A DNA stretch of 63,540 nt, counting the filler, from Sphacelaria rigidula (Eukaryota): assembly GCA_964200075.2 (NCBI GenBank). It is 7 parts of 7 records of this genome, joined end to end, with 100 filler letters (N's around TTAATTAATTAA, not from the genome) between each part and the next. Parts side by side here need not be neighbours in the genome. Positions count along the whole stretch, not along the records: positions 36,372 to 45,361 come from CAXNAA020009577.1; positions 45,462 to 54,451 come from CAXNAA020009578.1; 5 more parts are not named here. The stretch is one strand, 5' to 3'. The notes beneath the pieces were generated by a model. That model worked only from the letters and a program-made list of their open reading frames with translations, ran no database searches and was not told the origin of the DNA. Positions 36,372-50,800 of this stretch are shown in pieces (position 1 is the stretch's first letter; every line of letters begins with the position of its first letter). Both the position numbers and the translations under genes were made by a program.

Positions 36372-39300
36372 CAATGAGTTGCTTTATTGTTTGGTATCGC
36401 CACTTCCAGAGACAGCCACGTCTTATCCACTGCCTAATGGGTGTCTCACCAAGTTCGTTGGTGTGGGCGTGTGAATCGTTGCTACGTGGCTCGCGTTGCT
36501 GTAATGGGGCCCGGGCGACATCTCGTGGATTCGCGTGGGCTGCAAATTTTGGATTCGCGATACAGCTTGATATGCCAGCATCATTTCAACACCGTCTTCC
36601 AGTAGACGTTTTTCATGGGTACAGGGACAGAGGGTGTACGTTACATACCGGTCGCTCTCGCGAGGTTCGATGTGCAAGTGGCATGGTGCGGGGTGAGCTT
36701 AGCCAGCGGGGACGTGGTGCCTTGCGTGCAACTTTCCCAACAGGCTGCTAGAGACTGTAGTACGAAACAACTCGTTCAAGTACCGCAGGATATGTGTTAC
36801 GGTACAAGGCAGCATCCCCTCATCATACACGTATTCTACATATTGTCAATACTGTGATATACTGTACCACGATACAATACCCGACTGGACACTATCATGC
36901 CGAGAGTACTTGAGTCTGTGTCCTGAACCGTCAACACCTGGATGCCAGTGAAGCCCAACACTAACCACTTGCGCCAAGCAACTGCGAGCATTTAGCATAG
37001 GCACGAATAGGCATTAGACAAAACAGATATAGAGAAAATGCAGGATTTTAACTTGACATACCTTAAATTGCTGCCAGTGTAGCAAGGAGGTGTTGATATA
37101 AACAAGAGTCATTCACTGCAGACGATGGGGCGTTTGAAGTTCATGAGGAAACTTGAGGCTTCGATTGGAGGACGCGGAATGGTACATAGTAGCTCGAGCG
37201 ACCAACCGTGCAAAATAGTAGCAACTCTGGTGACGTACGGACGACTCTCCAATTCCCTCAAGATTAAAACGGTACTGTAAACAGAACGCATCGATTATTT
37301 CAAACAAACCCTAGGTGTGGACTCTCAGAGCGACAGCACACGGTCATTGCATGGGCGGCAGATCACTGCAGGTAGTACCCCGCAGGTCGATGTCATTATC
37401 TATGACAGACCGTTGGCGTCAGTGTGGCTGTGTGGTAGCAAAGACAAGAAGCAAATCTCTCACGTAGGCCATTTCGCTTCAAGGCGTATGATCGCGATGT
37501 TTGGAATGCAAATAGCATGCAGGTGGTAACCCTGAGAATACCAGATGTCGCTGGATTCACGGCGTGGGTCGAGTGCTGTGAGAATGGCTACTGCGGCTCT
37601 TGTGGGTAAATATTGTCATTGCTGGGAGTATAATGGTTGCATGGAGTTGTCGATGCTGCGACCCTGCCTCTTGAGCTCAGGCAGCAGTAACTAGTGAGGA
37701 ATCGCCACTGCGTGTCCTGAACAACCATGACACGATGCTGAGGGCCATCTGCTTTGCTAGTGGTGCCATCTCGTCTCGATTCAATCGCTTCGTAGATCTA
37801 TCAGGTGTGCAGGAGGTGGGGCCTACAGTCATTCTTGTCGCTCAGCTCTTTGTCGACAGCTGGAGGGCAAACTTGGACGTGTAGCCATAAGTCACATTGT
37901 TTCATGTTTTGATCAACATTGTCACTTACGCCACAAAAAGCCGACAGCCCCTATTTGGGGCCGATGGTGACCCAACTCAGACATTTGTTGGAGACATTGA
38001 CTTCGGTACTCCAGTACAGTCACGACCAAACAAGTGCAGGCTGGCGATTTTGTGTAACTTGGCATCCGGTCCTAGGGCATGCATTTGTGCACATGCTATG
38101 CCGTTAACTAGGCGCAATATCCACCCTGGGGTTCACCCTTTGCGAGACAGGGACGTTTGATTGTATCGAAGTGAGCCAATCATCGATTCTGATTGTACTA
38201 CTTCCCTAGCACACCGCTCTGTCTCCATGATCTGACCCGTTGCACAGTCACGCCTTGTGCCGTAACATACACCATCGCAAAACCCCCAGATGAGGTGTAG
38301 AGTGCACTATGCAGGGGAGCAAGGGCCATGAGCAAGCTCACCGTCTTCGAACTTGCAACGAGCCCCGAGCATGTCCTGCCGGGTACCTCGTGGCCTCTCA
38401 TCATATGTGAATAATGCGCACAAGTCTGCGTCATACCTGCTACTAACACGCTGCTATCATGAAGCCACAACAGCCAATCATCTGTTGAGCCTCGTCTTAC
38501 ATTTTTCATCGAGTCATGTTGAGACTGCGTGTCGTGTGACCGTTTGCACAATTATCCCCGCGCGTGAAGGTGATTTTGCATTTGACGACAACTACTGAGT
38601 CACATGTATGGCAAAAATAGAAGAACATAAAGGTGGTCTGATTTACGGCATCATACGTGCTACGACGAAAGAGACCTCGATTTTTCCTTCCTCAGCATCA
38701 GCCGGAGTTGGTACGTGAAAAAAAAGGGGGTGTGCACTTTCACGCGACACACCATCTCATTTGAACCAGCACAGGTGTCACAAGGCACGAACCCCTCATC
38801 ACCATTGCGACACAGCGCTACTGGCACGCTTTCATTACGACTGTACCATAGGGATAGCGCTGCTTCGAAGGGGTGTCGATGATGCCAGGTTCACGCTTGA
38901 AATGGAGGAACAACTCCAACTGAGCCGCTGTTGTGCACCTGTCGACACCAACGGATTGGTGTGCATGTTCAAAGAGTACCTGACTTGCCGCACTCTGTGG
39001 CAAGGGATTTTGATATTTCACGCAACTTTACTCCTTGTCATCCCCCGTACCATACACTTCTACTTTTTCCCGCCATACTTCAGTCCCCCTCCCTCTTCCG
39101 AACGCGTCCGTACTCGCAAAAGGATCGCCACACCTCTCCCCCGGCACATGCCTGGCATTTATGGTACCACGGCTTGGATCAGCACTCCGGCATTGCGTCG
39201 ACCTTCATCAGCTTTCCTCTGCTACTTGATCCCCCACAATGTCAGCGACGGAAATTAGGTTATGCGGTAAAAAATGCATCAGTCGAGATTCGAACTGGCA

Positions 39301-40892
39301 ACCGTCCGCCTTGACACACCAATGTTGTAGCAATTAGACCAACGGATTGCCGCGGGAAATTAGGTTGTATCATAAAAGAGTTTGGAGAAGGCGAATCTCG
39401 AGGGAGGTACAACGACAAAACAGAGAGTATCGAGCAGTTTCTCTTTATGAAATCAAGATTTGTTATCACGCCCTTTGGAGGCCATACTCGTCACACGTTG
39501 AACCTGCCCTACCCTTATTTTAGTATGCAGTAAACATTGACTGAAACTCAGTTGTAGAGGCGCTGTCAGCTTGTATCTCATAGCGACATGGGTCCAAAAG
39601 AAGTCTGGCGACGTGAGATTCAGAGTCTAGGTACAGACCTCTGGTTAACGGCGACTTACGAGTTTGTCCATAGTTCGTGAGATGGTGGAAGGGAAAGAGG
39701 GCAAGATTTATTAGGAAATAATCGAACAAACACATAGTCAAGATTACGACTGAAACATTCAGCTACCACGTTTCACGGATCTGGTGCCCTGCTTGAGATA
39801 CGCCGTCCAATCCGTGAGCTTCAAGAGCAGGTTGAGTTGTATCCGCGTGCAGCATTTTGTCCAGCAGGATACTGGGGGGCATGTCACTGGTGGGCCAACG
39901 GGAACTGAGTTGCAGCCTGGGGCGAATACCTTCTCACTGGAGTATGACACGCTCCGTAGAGTGGACAGAATAGATTTCGTAGTTACATGGTAAAAGAGTC
40001 GTTAGGTCGGTGTTTCCAACGCGTGTTGAAAGTACAATCCCGTCTCGCCCTCGATCAGTCCTACAGCACACCCCACGGACCCCAACAGTCCGGGCGTCTA
40101 AGCAAACCCTTGCCCGGTCGGTCGAGGTCCTTTGTGAGATCGTAGTATCATGGAGTACTGTGTAAAAGTAGGACATCCAGTGCACAGCCACGTGTCCCTC
40201 GAACCCGCTAGAACTAGAGCAGGCACGTGCCGGAGCGTGACTTTCCGCGATGCCCGAGTGTGCAAGTGCTGAGACTCAATTACCGGGCCGTGAACCATGA
40301 CTGGGTCCTCAATATCTGCAGCCCTCAGTGCCTGACCGAATTCTACTCACCACGTGGTGACCAATCCCATAACCGAACGCGGGTTTGCACAAACATTTTT
40401 CCTCCCCCGAAAAACGTCTGTGGCGAAAATATTAATTAGGTCAATGCTTCGAAAAACCTCATACCAAAACCAAGACGAGGTTGGACATCATCTTCTGTAC
40501 CATCTCTCGAGTGTACCCCTGTATACCAGATCTTGTGGAGAGCATCGCAAGCGGAATGCAGTGGGAAACACTGGAGTGGCTTGGAGTGGCTTGGAGCGGT
40601 CTCGGGAATACTCGCATGCGTCTTTTCTCGGAGCAATGCTGTATATCCCGGAATAAAAAGGCAAACGCTCAGGATTTCTCTCGTTGAATTTGCAACAACT
40701 GCTGGTCATCTTCGGCCGAACACCCGGAATTGAATTTTGGTTTGTTTCCATGAGAACTTCGTATCGTGTCGCAAGTCTCAACGTTTTGTCGACCTCGCAG
40801 CTCGTGGGAACTTTTGCGCTGTGTTGCAACTCTCGGATACAAGCGAGAAAAGGCGTCCGTGTTGTGCGCAAATTCGCCTCGATGGACCCTAC

Positions 40893-42082
40893 CTGAATCG
40901 TTTGTTGGCCTCCAACCCCACCAATAGCTCAGCCCACTGCTCCGTGTTGAGTGCGTCATCGTTTGTAGTGCGTTGCCAGCCGTCGTCTATCACTACCCAC
41001 CGTGGCCGGACGCTCCTTTCGTGGAAACCAGACAGTCCCTCCAAGATTCCTTTAGGAGTCGTGGTATGAGGAACGTGAGCCATGGGCGAAAATGCCGATG
41101 ATTTCTTCGGCGACTCCTTCTCGAATCACTTTCACGAAATATTGTCTGCAGCTCTGATAATACTTTCAGCTTTAAATAAATCAAGCATTCTTCAAAATAA
41201 AAGTCCAGGAAGGGATACAGAAATGGGTGCCTCACGTCCAGCATAAAGGGTGCACCAAAGGGTACCCCATGTACACAGCACCGACGCTGCCTCTCTCACC
41301 CCGTTCTTCGCCACAAATGATGATATTGCAGATGTTCCCACGGGCTGCGCAAAACAATTAGAGCATACTCTAGATGAGCAAGCGGGCACACAGAGCAATG
41401 AAGGCGCAGCAACCAACACGCCCCGCGCGCAGCAGCAAAGCTTCACCGCTCTAATGTGCGCGCGTACAGCCCGTGGCGCCATCAACAGGCACACGGAACT
41501 ATACAGTGTTTTACGCTCGATACCTTCGGGGGTGACCATGGTGTAAAAGCTGTCCCAAGTGCACCACCCAAGCTTGTCCACAAACCCCGCCTCCTGCGAC
41601 ACCGACGTGACTGCCTCCGCCGGCCCTCCCTTACTACTACACTCGACCCCCAGCTGCTCCCTGAGCCGCTGCCTTGCCGTCAGCACCACCCTTTGAGCCA
41701 AGCGGAAAGGATCAGGTCCAGCCGCCACCAGCATGACCCCCAGCGTGCCAGGCAGGAGAACCGTGGTGTCTCCTGTGTCAGCAGAGACGGCCAGCGCACA
41801 CGGATCACCTCCGACAGCGGCGGACGTAGCCCCATCGCTTTCATCGCCCCCGGCGCGATGCAGACTCGCGCGTGCGTGCGTATCGCAGAGGGGAAGCACC
41901 ATGACGTAGCTGGGACTGTCATAATTGGCATGGTCGTCGGCGGGGGGCGAGCCGTCGGGGGAAGGGAGTTCCGCTAGAAGTAGAGATGTCTCGGGGGGAA
42001 CGTCGAGCCCAGACAATCCGTGAGAGGGTTTCATCCACCAAAGCTTGAACCTGTGTAGGCACAAATGACGCCCCAGGGCGGG
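40893..42082 (-). CDS. Raffinose synthase / seed-imbibition protein Sip1-like glycoside hydrolase (GH36), partial (exons 42082-41524, 41049-40893)
   Basis: Family motifs LHRFKLWWM, DVPPETSLLLAE, GWCTWDSFY, VTPEGILEGL (across a phase-1 GT-AG intron) and PRWVVIDDGWQ. Confidence 0.92.
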
Positions 42083-43759
42083 CTGCACCCGGCGGAGAGG
42101 GATGGAGGGATGTTATCACGGACGGCCTTTGTAGAGAAGTGGAGGAGAAGATGCGTGTCAGCGCCATGGAAAGATATCACAGGGGAGGGGGGGAAGGTAG
42201 TGCAGCACTAGAACATGCTCGAAGCGTCCCAACATTGCCCCGAACGAACACAGGAGGACGCCAAAAGTGACGCTGAAATACCCCTTTTCATGCTGATAGG
42301 CATGTTCTGTCACAGTAATTTGCCGCAACATCCAAGTAGTAAGTGTTTCGTCCACGCAAGCCCCCTTCCTAGTCCAAGGGACGGCTGAGGTTTAAGCCGG
42401 ACAAGTGATCAGATATTCAAGGCCCTTTCAGCGGCAAGAATATCCGGAAGCTGCCTTCTCTGGGAGTGACGGTTTCGCTCAGTTTCAATTCAAAGACAAG
42501 AAGCCCGAACATGACTATTCGACAGCATAGTTCACCATATCGAGCTTAATTTCCCATGTCCGGATTCTTTTACAGGCTTGGTCTTAGAACGTTTGGGATT
42601 CCTGTGCGCGGGATCGCTTTCTTGCACACGTCCACACGTCGGACGGATCAGCTCGTTACAGATCCGGGTCAGCTCATTTGGGGCATAGATCATGATCCGT
42701 CCGAGGTGAGCTGTCACCCGTACAACCTTGTCCGATGCTGATCCGTAGGACCCGCTTGACCCGTACATGTTTGCGAGCGACGAGTTGTGCAACCCGCTTC
42801 ACACACACACACACTTTCGTGTACAACTATGCCCGTGAATGAAGGCCTGACCGACCAAAAATCCGCTGCCCACAAAAAATAAAATGAATGCGAACGGATA
42901 TTGAAGACGTATTGAATACGTTTTAGACTGCTCGGGCCTGTGCCGAACTTCTGCCGAACCCCTGCCGAACATAACACACGCCATCCCAAGTTACCTAGGT
43001 TTAGTATGCGACAGCTGTAAATGTTTCATCGCTACTATCTCGAGAGAGGAAGCAAACTGGACCCTGGAGCTTCACAGCCCCCCGCACGCACACTAGACGT
43101 AGTGAGTTTGACAAACGGAGTTGCTTAATTCACCACAGCGGATCCGAAAAGCCCCAGAACGTTGCAGGAAACGCGTTTTGTTGTGCATTGTGTGTTTGGT
43201 GCAGTGGTTTGCAAAGTGCTGCGTCCTCCGCGGCCCGCGTACGGAAACCTCACGTCAAATTCACTAGTTCTGGTGTGTGGGAAGCGCACGCCTCAAACCG
43301 CAGTCCAATCCTCTGCGTCGTTGCCGAGAAAGTAGCGATGAAAGATAAGCGCAACATCATACTGCAACAAGAAGGGCACAACAATAACACGAGCAGCAGA
43401 ATCTATCCTCCTGTTGTTGTGACCCGGTGTACAGGTGTACAGCAACGTCAGTCACAGGTGTGTTGTAGAATGTATTATAGCTACAGTACAGTCTGTATGA
43501 GCGCCGTCGTCATTTTTAGTGACGCGTGTATACTTGTGATTAATACTGATTGGCTCATGTAGGTTTCATTTCTTCTGCATTCAACTGACTGTGGAGTTGG
43601 TTGGTCCATTTTCCCGATATATAGTGCCCAAAATCGAGCCCCATCCACGGGCATAACAGTATACAAAAGACCCTTTCCCTTACCCGTAAGATCCAGATCA
43701 AGTATGCAAGAAAACAGTGTTCAGCTCCCTCACCTGTAAACCTGTACGACCCGGGTACA

Positions 43760-44193
43760 AACACGTGGTTTTACATATTGGGGGTGGATTTTTTATTGGG
43801 GATGAGAACCCGGAGAATTAAAACCTTCGTATCCACACCAGTTCTTCGGGGTATGGTTCCATTTCTTCACTTGCTGGTAGCTATTGACAACTCCTACTAC
43901 ACTTCATACAAATTTTGATTTCGATAACCGAATTTTTGGAGTCCTAGGTGAAAAATCAGTTTTGGCGTCCGATCGGATCACCAAAATTCTCCAAAATTGT
44001 TTTTTTACCGAGGACTCCAACATTTCGGTTATCGAAATCCAACTTCGTATGGCGTGTAGTAGTTGTTAATAGCTACCAGCAAGTGAAGAAATGGAACCAA
44101 ATGTCGAAGATTTGATGTGAATACGAAAAATTTAATTCTCCGGGTTCTCATCCCCAATAAAAAATCCATCCCCAATTTGTAAAATCACGTGTT
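43760..44193. mobile_element. Palindromic AACAC MITE, second copy, 4-bp TSD TACA
   Basis: TACA|AACACGTGGTTTTACA...TGTAAAATCACGTGTT|TACA; homologous to 24994-25436. Confidence 0.88.
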
Positions 44194-44415
44194 TACAATG
44201 ATGCATGTTCACAAGTCCGGACGCTGGCTGTAGCAACCTGGGCATACGGAATGTGAAGAGCGTACATTCTATTTCGAGTGGTTCCACGGTAGGGCTGCAT
44301 ATTATTTCTGAAGATGTGCACTGTCGGCGCATCCGAATGAAGTATACAATAAACAGTATTCAGTTATCCTCACCTGACCTGCACTACCCGTGCGATTCGT
44401 ACATATCCGTCTGAT

Positions 44416-45014
44416 GATCTGTACGACCCGTGTGATTCGTACTTATGTGTCTTATGATGGTTTGTATACCCTTTCGATCTGTACATCATCTCCTTGGACA
44501 CACCTGTGTAATCCGAATCAGGTGTCTCGCAACGTCAACAGCAACTTGTGTACCCTCATAACCCGTACAAGATACCTCCCTCCTGATCGATGATGTCCAG
44601 ATCACGAGGACCGTTCCATAACTAGTTGCACTGTATCACCCGCATCGGGTTCACAGGTGTGTTCACACTTGAGCTGTATGACCTGTGTCCTATAAAAAGT
44701 GATCCGTCCGAAGAGTGCCGGATCACTTTCTATAGGACGCAGGTCATACAGCTCAAGTGTGAGCACACTTGTGTACACGATTCAAACGGCGCAGTGCAAG
44801 CAGTCATGGAAAGGTACTCGTGATCCGGGTATCATCGATCAAGAGGGAGGTATCTTGTACGGGTTATGAGGGTACACAGGTTGCTGTTGACGTTGCGAGA
44901 CACCTGATTCGGATTACACAGGTGTGTCCAAGGAGATGATGTACAGGTCGAAAGGGTGTACAAACCATCGTAAGACACATAAGTACGAATCACACGGGTC
45001 ATACTGTACAGATC
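44416..45014. repeat. Long inverted repeat (~290-bp arms, ~12-nt loop near 44707-44718)
   Basis: Arms pair almost base for base. The ORF track shows the same peptide on both strands (44390+ and 45119-). Confidence 0.92.
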
Positions 45015-45361
45015 GCCATGAAGCGGACTTGTACGACTCACAACGACACACAGATCGCTCATCAGGAGATGTGTACGGAGCGATCGGGTTCTACAGGTCA
45101 CCAACCGACAATTGTACATAGGTTAAAGAGTCATACAGATACAGATCAACCACAAATCGCACAGGTTATGCTCATCGTCGGGCACGCTGGCGGGACGTAC
45201 CCGTGCTTCATTAACGCCGGCAGTGTACACGTTGAGGACTCTTCCCGGGTAATTTTTGTCAGACGTTGGTTGACCAGCGTCATGATGACTCAATTGAGAA
45301 TATACCACGGTTAGGAGAAATCATCACGACTCAAAATCACCAAATTCACGATTTCTTCGGC

Positions 45362-45461
45362 NNNNNNNNNNNNNNNNNNNNNNNNNNNNNNNNNNNNNNN
45401 NNNNNTTAATTAATTAANNNNNNNNNNNNNNNNNNNNNNNNNNNNNNNNNNNNNNNNNNNN
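45362..45461. other. Artificial contig spacer
   Basis: N44-TTAATTAATTAA-N44. Confidence 0.98.
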
Positions 45462-47844
45462 TCACGCATAATTTTTTTCACTTGAAATTGATGCCGATTC
45501 AACAGAAGACTAACTTCGCGGTCTAGCCAGCTCTTTTACGTCACGTACCGCCACACTTACTTGAGAAATGCACCCAGTCCTGGGGCATGGCGAGCACCTT
45601 GGCCGTCATGCTACTGTCGTGGGTGACGGAGGGAAATTTGTCACAACGTTTGCTGCGCGGTCCACGCCGTGCCCAAAGACTTGAAGTGCTGCTTGGGTAA
45701 CTGTGCCAGTACCTTTTGTGAGAGAGAACTGACTTCACTCGTCAATCGTCGCTGTGTGCAGTTGTGAGCTGTGGGGCTGTTGGCTGTGGCACAACTTCCC
45801 TCCAACATTTGCCAACGAAAGCAACTTACGAAACCGGTTCTTAGACCGTGTCAAGTCATTGATGGGTTTTACACCAGGATGGGGGCGCCTGCCCGCCCGC
45901 GTGATACTGGCCACTATCCATTTGATGAAGGAAACAGCGGCCGCTGTACTGTTTGTTGTCTAACGCTGTGCACCACCTGTATACTGCCCTAATCCATACT
46001 CGCATGTACCGTACAATGCTGCCCATTCTACTCCACCTCATTTACCGTCCAGCATGCTGCTGTCCTTTTTATGCATCCGTGCGTACAAGTGTGTAGCTAT
46101 CCGCTGCAGCTGTGTGTGCTGTCTGTACCGTTGCAACGCCGCTGGTTCAACTTACATTACCTGTGCTGTCTGCACTGTGCTGTGCGCAGCTGTACTCCAT
46201 GTGCGTACTACTTGTGCAGCTGCTTGCACCTTGCTTGATACGAAGCACTTTTGACGAGCCCCTGTTCCGACGAAATTTGATCTCTACGCAAACAGCCTAT
46301 AATATTTTTCTCGACGAGATGAGCCGAAAAGCACCTCTCTGGCAAAAACTTCCGATCTCGTGAGAATTTGTCGCTAGAAAAGGGTCTGTTTCAGAAAAAT
46401 TGTGTGGAACCCCCCACCTCCCCCGACATTTTCCTGGATATTTTTTTTGGATCATGAGGAGTGGCCTTAGGCCATGTCGTATCGAGATGAAAGAGAAGCT
46501 TGTTACAAAGTTTATTCGCACACGACGACCAGGTCGGGTCCTAAGGCTGGCTCTTGCGGCGAAGCGAGGTGGATCTACAAAAGTTAGTTTGATCACTCGG
46601 GTCATTTGGGTGAAATTCGAGTTTTCCAGACGACGGGGATCACTATTCTGGGATTTTTGTGGATGTAATTGTGAAATGGTTCGCCGTGTCAAACGCCTCA
46701 TCTGTGCACACAAACCGTTACACCCGGCAGCAGTTTGACGGGTCCACTGTGTTTGATGTGATATGATTGGGCACTGTTCGAAAACACGAAAAGCACGATA
46801 ACGCACCGGCCAAAGTCAGGTGACCTTATTTCTATCAACACATGGATACCAGAAGCTCTGTTCAATTCCTAGCGCGGCATGAGGGATGCCCACGAACGAT
46901 AGCAAGTGTGAATGAACAGTGTGGGATCGTGGTGGTGGTCGCGTCTGTGTAAAACGCAACTCGTCTCAAGTTTTTGTTTACAACTCGATCACCGCGATGC
47001 CGTTGTGGGCGAGACTGGAGACTAGGCTTTTCGTCTGAACGGCCGCAACGTTGGTAGTACGTGGCTTGTGCTAGCTGTGTCCCCTTTTCGCTGTCCACTG
47101 GGCCGTGAGTCATACACCAAAATGATATCGTGATGCCGGCACAGGGGTCAAGTAGGTCACTTGCTGAGTCGGCATCAACATTCACTTGAAAAAAATATGC
47201 CTGATCCAGGTGAACTACCCGCACCGCGAATCGAGGGTTGAAAAAGTTTGGCGATTTTTACACCAAGATGTGGGCACCCTACCGCTTGATGGTTGCCATC
47301 GTCAATTTGGTGAGCGAAGCAGCAGCCGCCTGCATGTCACGTAAAGGAGGATCAAAGAGCTGATCGAACAGCAAATGGAATATGCACGGCCGCGAGGAGG
47401 GCTGGATCCTTTCGAATGAAAGAGACATCCTGAGTCTGGCTGACGTCACGTACCAACCAAGGGTTTTTAACCTATCAGACATCGACGGCGCTACAGTTTG
47501 GTTGATGAATAGGACAACTGCGGGCACTCCGTGCCTTTCTTCAGGTGTTATCTGTGGTATTCTCGTAGCCATGCACTGGCTGTGCTGCCCTAACCGGTAC
47601 TTGCATACTCACAGTGCTCTGTCTACACGGCTGTCCTGCATGTACCGTAGAGTATGCTGCTGATATTTGTGTATATACAAGCATGTATGGCACAGCTATC
47701 TGCTGCAGCACTTGGTGCTGCCTGTATCGTGGCACAGGGCTACTGGCTGCGTTGTACTGTTGCTGCTGCACCGTACGCCGCCTCGGGAAAAGCACCTCGC
47801 TTGAAAAACACCCGTCTTTGATATCTCAGAATATCCCTCGCCGA

Positions 47845-47881
<37 letters not shown>

Positions 47882-50800
47882 GGGCGTACGTTTCAACTGA
47901 CGCAAGAATTACGCCGCCCCTCTCTTAACACAGGCGTAGTATGATCGTGATATTGAAAACCTTCAAGTATTGCTCCATTACTTCTGGTGTATTCTCGTAC
48001 AAGTGTGTGCTGGTGCAGCAGGTTGAACAATTAATTGTAATACGAGTCTGTGACCACGGGTTCGAGAGATCGGACTAATGTGCGGAAATATTATTCATAA
48101 TAAATAAAAAATAACGAGTATACGAACTACTTTCCAATCCATCGTGAGACTGACAAGTCGTGATCCAGGGGGTCAAACCGCCTCCTTTTGATATTGTTTT
48201 ATTGTCATCACGCCACCCCCCCACGGCACCCAGCACCCAAAAGAAGTGTCGCCAAAAAAACGTCTCAGTGTTGAGCTCCTCACGCGCAAGCGATTTCTGG
48301 GTGGAGGCATTATTCTAGTTGGTGCGTTCGCGGAGAACGGAAATAATGAGGCGTATGCCCTAGTTTTCCCTCATCCTCGACAGCCCCTGAGGAGGGGAAG
48401 GGGTGGGGGTGTCTGGCCTGCAGCCGTAAGACCCCTTGCCAGAGATCCTTTTTTCTACGACGGAGAAGCGGCCTGATCCGCTCGAACTCTACGGTTTGAC
48501 ATTACTTTATCTTTTTGTTCCGAGAAATTCACGTGATTCTACAAAAAGACTACCGCCAACTTCGGACCCCCTAGATCTAGGGCACAGTCGTTAAAGAGGC
48601 ATTTCGTGGCTATATTTCCGACGTTTGTTTACCACGTGGTCGACGAAGAAATTTCTCGTTTTTGTTTTCGAAATAATGCCAACCCAACAGCAACAACAAC
48701 AATTGACGGTTACAACCTATAGCGGTCAAAGGGTTGACGGTTTCGGTACCTGATTTCGTCAAGGAAAGTTGTCGGGAAAAAGACTATTGCCGGAACTTCT
48801 ACCAAATATGAGCTTGGAAAAAAAGGTGGAAGGCGATTGCACGTGCAGGTTGTCCCCCGAACCGTAGTATTTTGCTTCCCGATAACGTGCTATTAGATCC
48901 GGCCTAACGAGGGAGCACAAAAAGGCTCGATTCTGTGTTCGGGGAGAATCGATACTTTGTGCAGGAGCCGGAAGAATTTTCCCAGATGTTTGTAGCGGTT
49001 GTAGCATCTAGAAGCTATTTCAGAACACATCGGTCTGCAAGACTGCCTGTGTGGGGAGTCAGGTGAGGCAGTCAGTCCAGTGTGAGAGAAGCAGTAAGGT
49101 ACAAGGGCAAGTGTACCCATGGTGGAGTGACAAAAACGGTGTATGGATTGAAGTCGAGGCTTACGAGATCCGGGAGACGGGTGTGGTGCGACAAGCAGTT
49201 GGTGACAGCATCGAAAATCGTTGTCTGTTGTTTTTCCCTTGAATTTATTGGAAGGGCGGTTCTCCTTTTTTCGGTTGGCCCTGGATGCAGTCCCACGCAG
49301 ATGTGAAAATCATCAAAGCACCATAACAGAGAAGAGGGCTGACTTGTCTATGTGTGTGCTACAAACGTTGCTCACGATGGAGAGCCGTTGGCGGTTTGTC
49401 CGTGTGGTACAGCACTGTTAGAACCACAACTGGCTTGTGTGTTCAGTTTGTGATCACGACAGCACTGTAGCCGAATGATACCAAGCCACAGCACACACAC
49501 AGCGCCCGCCTGACGGAAATCATAGGCTCATTGAACTTCGAACCGATTCGGTCCGAGCCAAGACTGCTGTACTCTATTGATCATCAGCGACGCCTCGAAG
49601 TATGTACTGTCGCTCCTGTCCGAGTGGGATCAGAAGTTGATATGCTGCGTGAAGTGTTTGAGGCGTGCACCACATCCGCTTTTTCACGTCCCCCTTCGAG
49701 CACAAAGACTTGGCAAACAGCCCAACTTGTATTTCGATCATTCAAAATAATCCCTTAGAGTAAGGTGGGTGGAAGAAAACCCCGGCACGCCGCTTTCAAA
49801 GGAAAACCCCGCCGCTTGTTTCTTGGGGGGAAAGGGTGGGGGTGTATCGTACGACAGATCGCCATTCTCCTGACAGCGTTTTTTGTTCTGGCCCGTCAAA
49901 ATGCGGCCCATGGTTGTCATTTTTGTAGTTTTTCTTGTCCTTCAGCACCCATGGGTGTCTGTGAAAAATGAGGTGTCTGACCCGGAGATGGGGGCGAGGT
50001 TCCAAGAGGATTGGCGTTGTCACATAATCGTTTCCGTCCTGAATCTTACACCCCTTCCAACTTTACACCCGTCCTGCTGCTCGCGAAAAACGTCAACGAG
50101 CTCAGGCGGCCGGAGATCATGATGCCGTGGTGTGCAGCGTCCTAAGCGTGGTGGGACCTGATGTGGGTCGTGAGTCCTGGCAGAGGACAGGCGCGGATGT
50201 GCTTGACACGCGATACCTGCGCGAATTGGGCATTATCTGAGCGATAGACTTTGTCTGGGATATAGTCGATATGTTCAGGCTTCTGGTAGTGCACGTGCTG
50301 TAAACGAGTGAAGATATGCTGTAGGTGACTTTTGAGTCTGTTTCTTCGCGACGGGGTTGCTGCATATACCACGAGCTCTTTTTCCTGGCGTCCCTGCGTC
50401 ACCCCTCTTGGCTCGGTGCGTCATGAGTTTACTTGTTTTTTCGCGGACGATGGTTCGCTCCCTGTGCGGAGAGAAATCGAGTATTGGAGGTCTCCGACCA
50501 GCGGTACAACATGAAGGTGCATGTTGCATAAGTTTGTGATTGTTTCTGTTTCCGTCGACTCAATCGAGTTTCACATTCCAGCTACAAGTACGTAATTACT
50601 AGTTTTTTGTACGATTATTTGTACGCCGTACCCTGAGGAAATGACGAAATTGTTGATGAACTAATTGAGCAGATCGAGCCATAAACTCGTGGATGATGGG
50701 TGCTGTTTTGTTTCGATGCATAAAAAAAGGCTGTACCGTTTCGTGACAAGGTTGGAGCGGTTTAAGCATCGCGGTATTGATTCCAGCTGCTTGCGACTCG

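Noticed and set aside
36372..39960. Decayed retroelement or further GH36 exons (e.g. GVDG near 36930, KVDA near 39200, HAHQSVGVDR near 38940)
   Set aside because: Isolated short matches without proper context, frame or splice support.
45850..47800. Diverged direct repeats with TGC/TGT-rich Cys-rich ORFs
   Set aside because: Low-complexity similarity only; no termini or protein motif identified.
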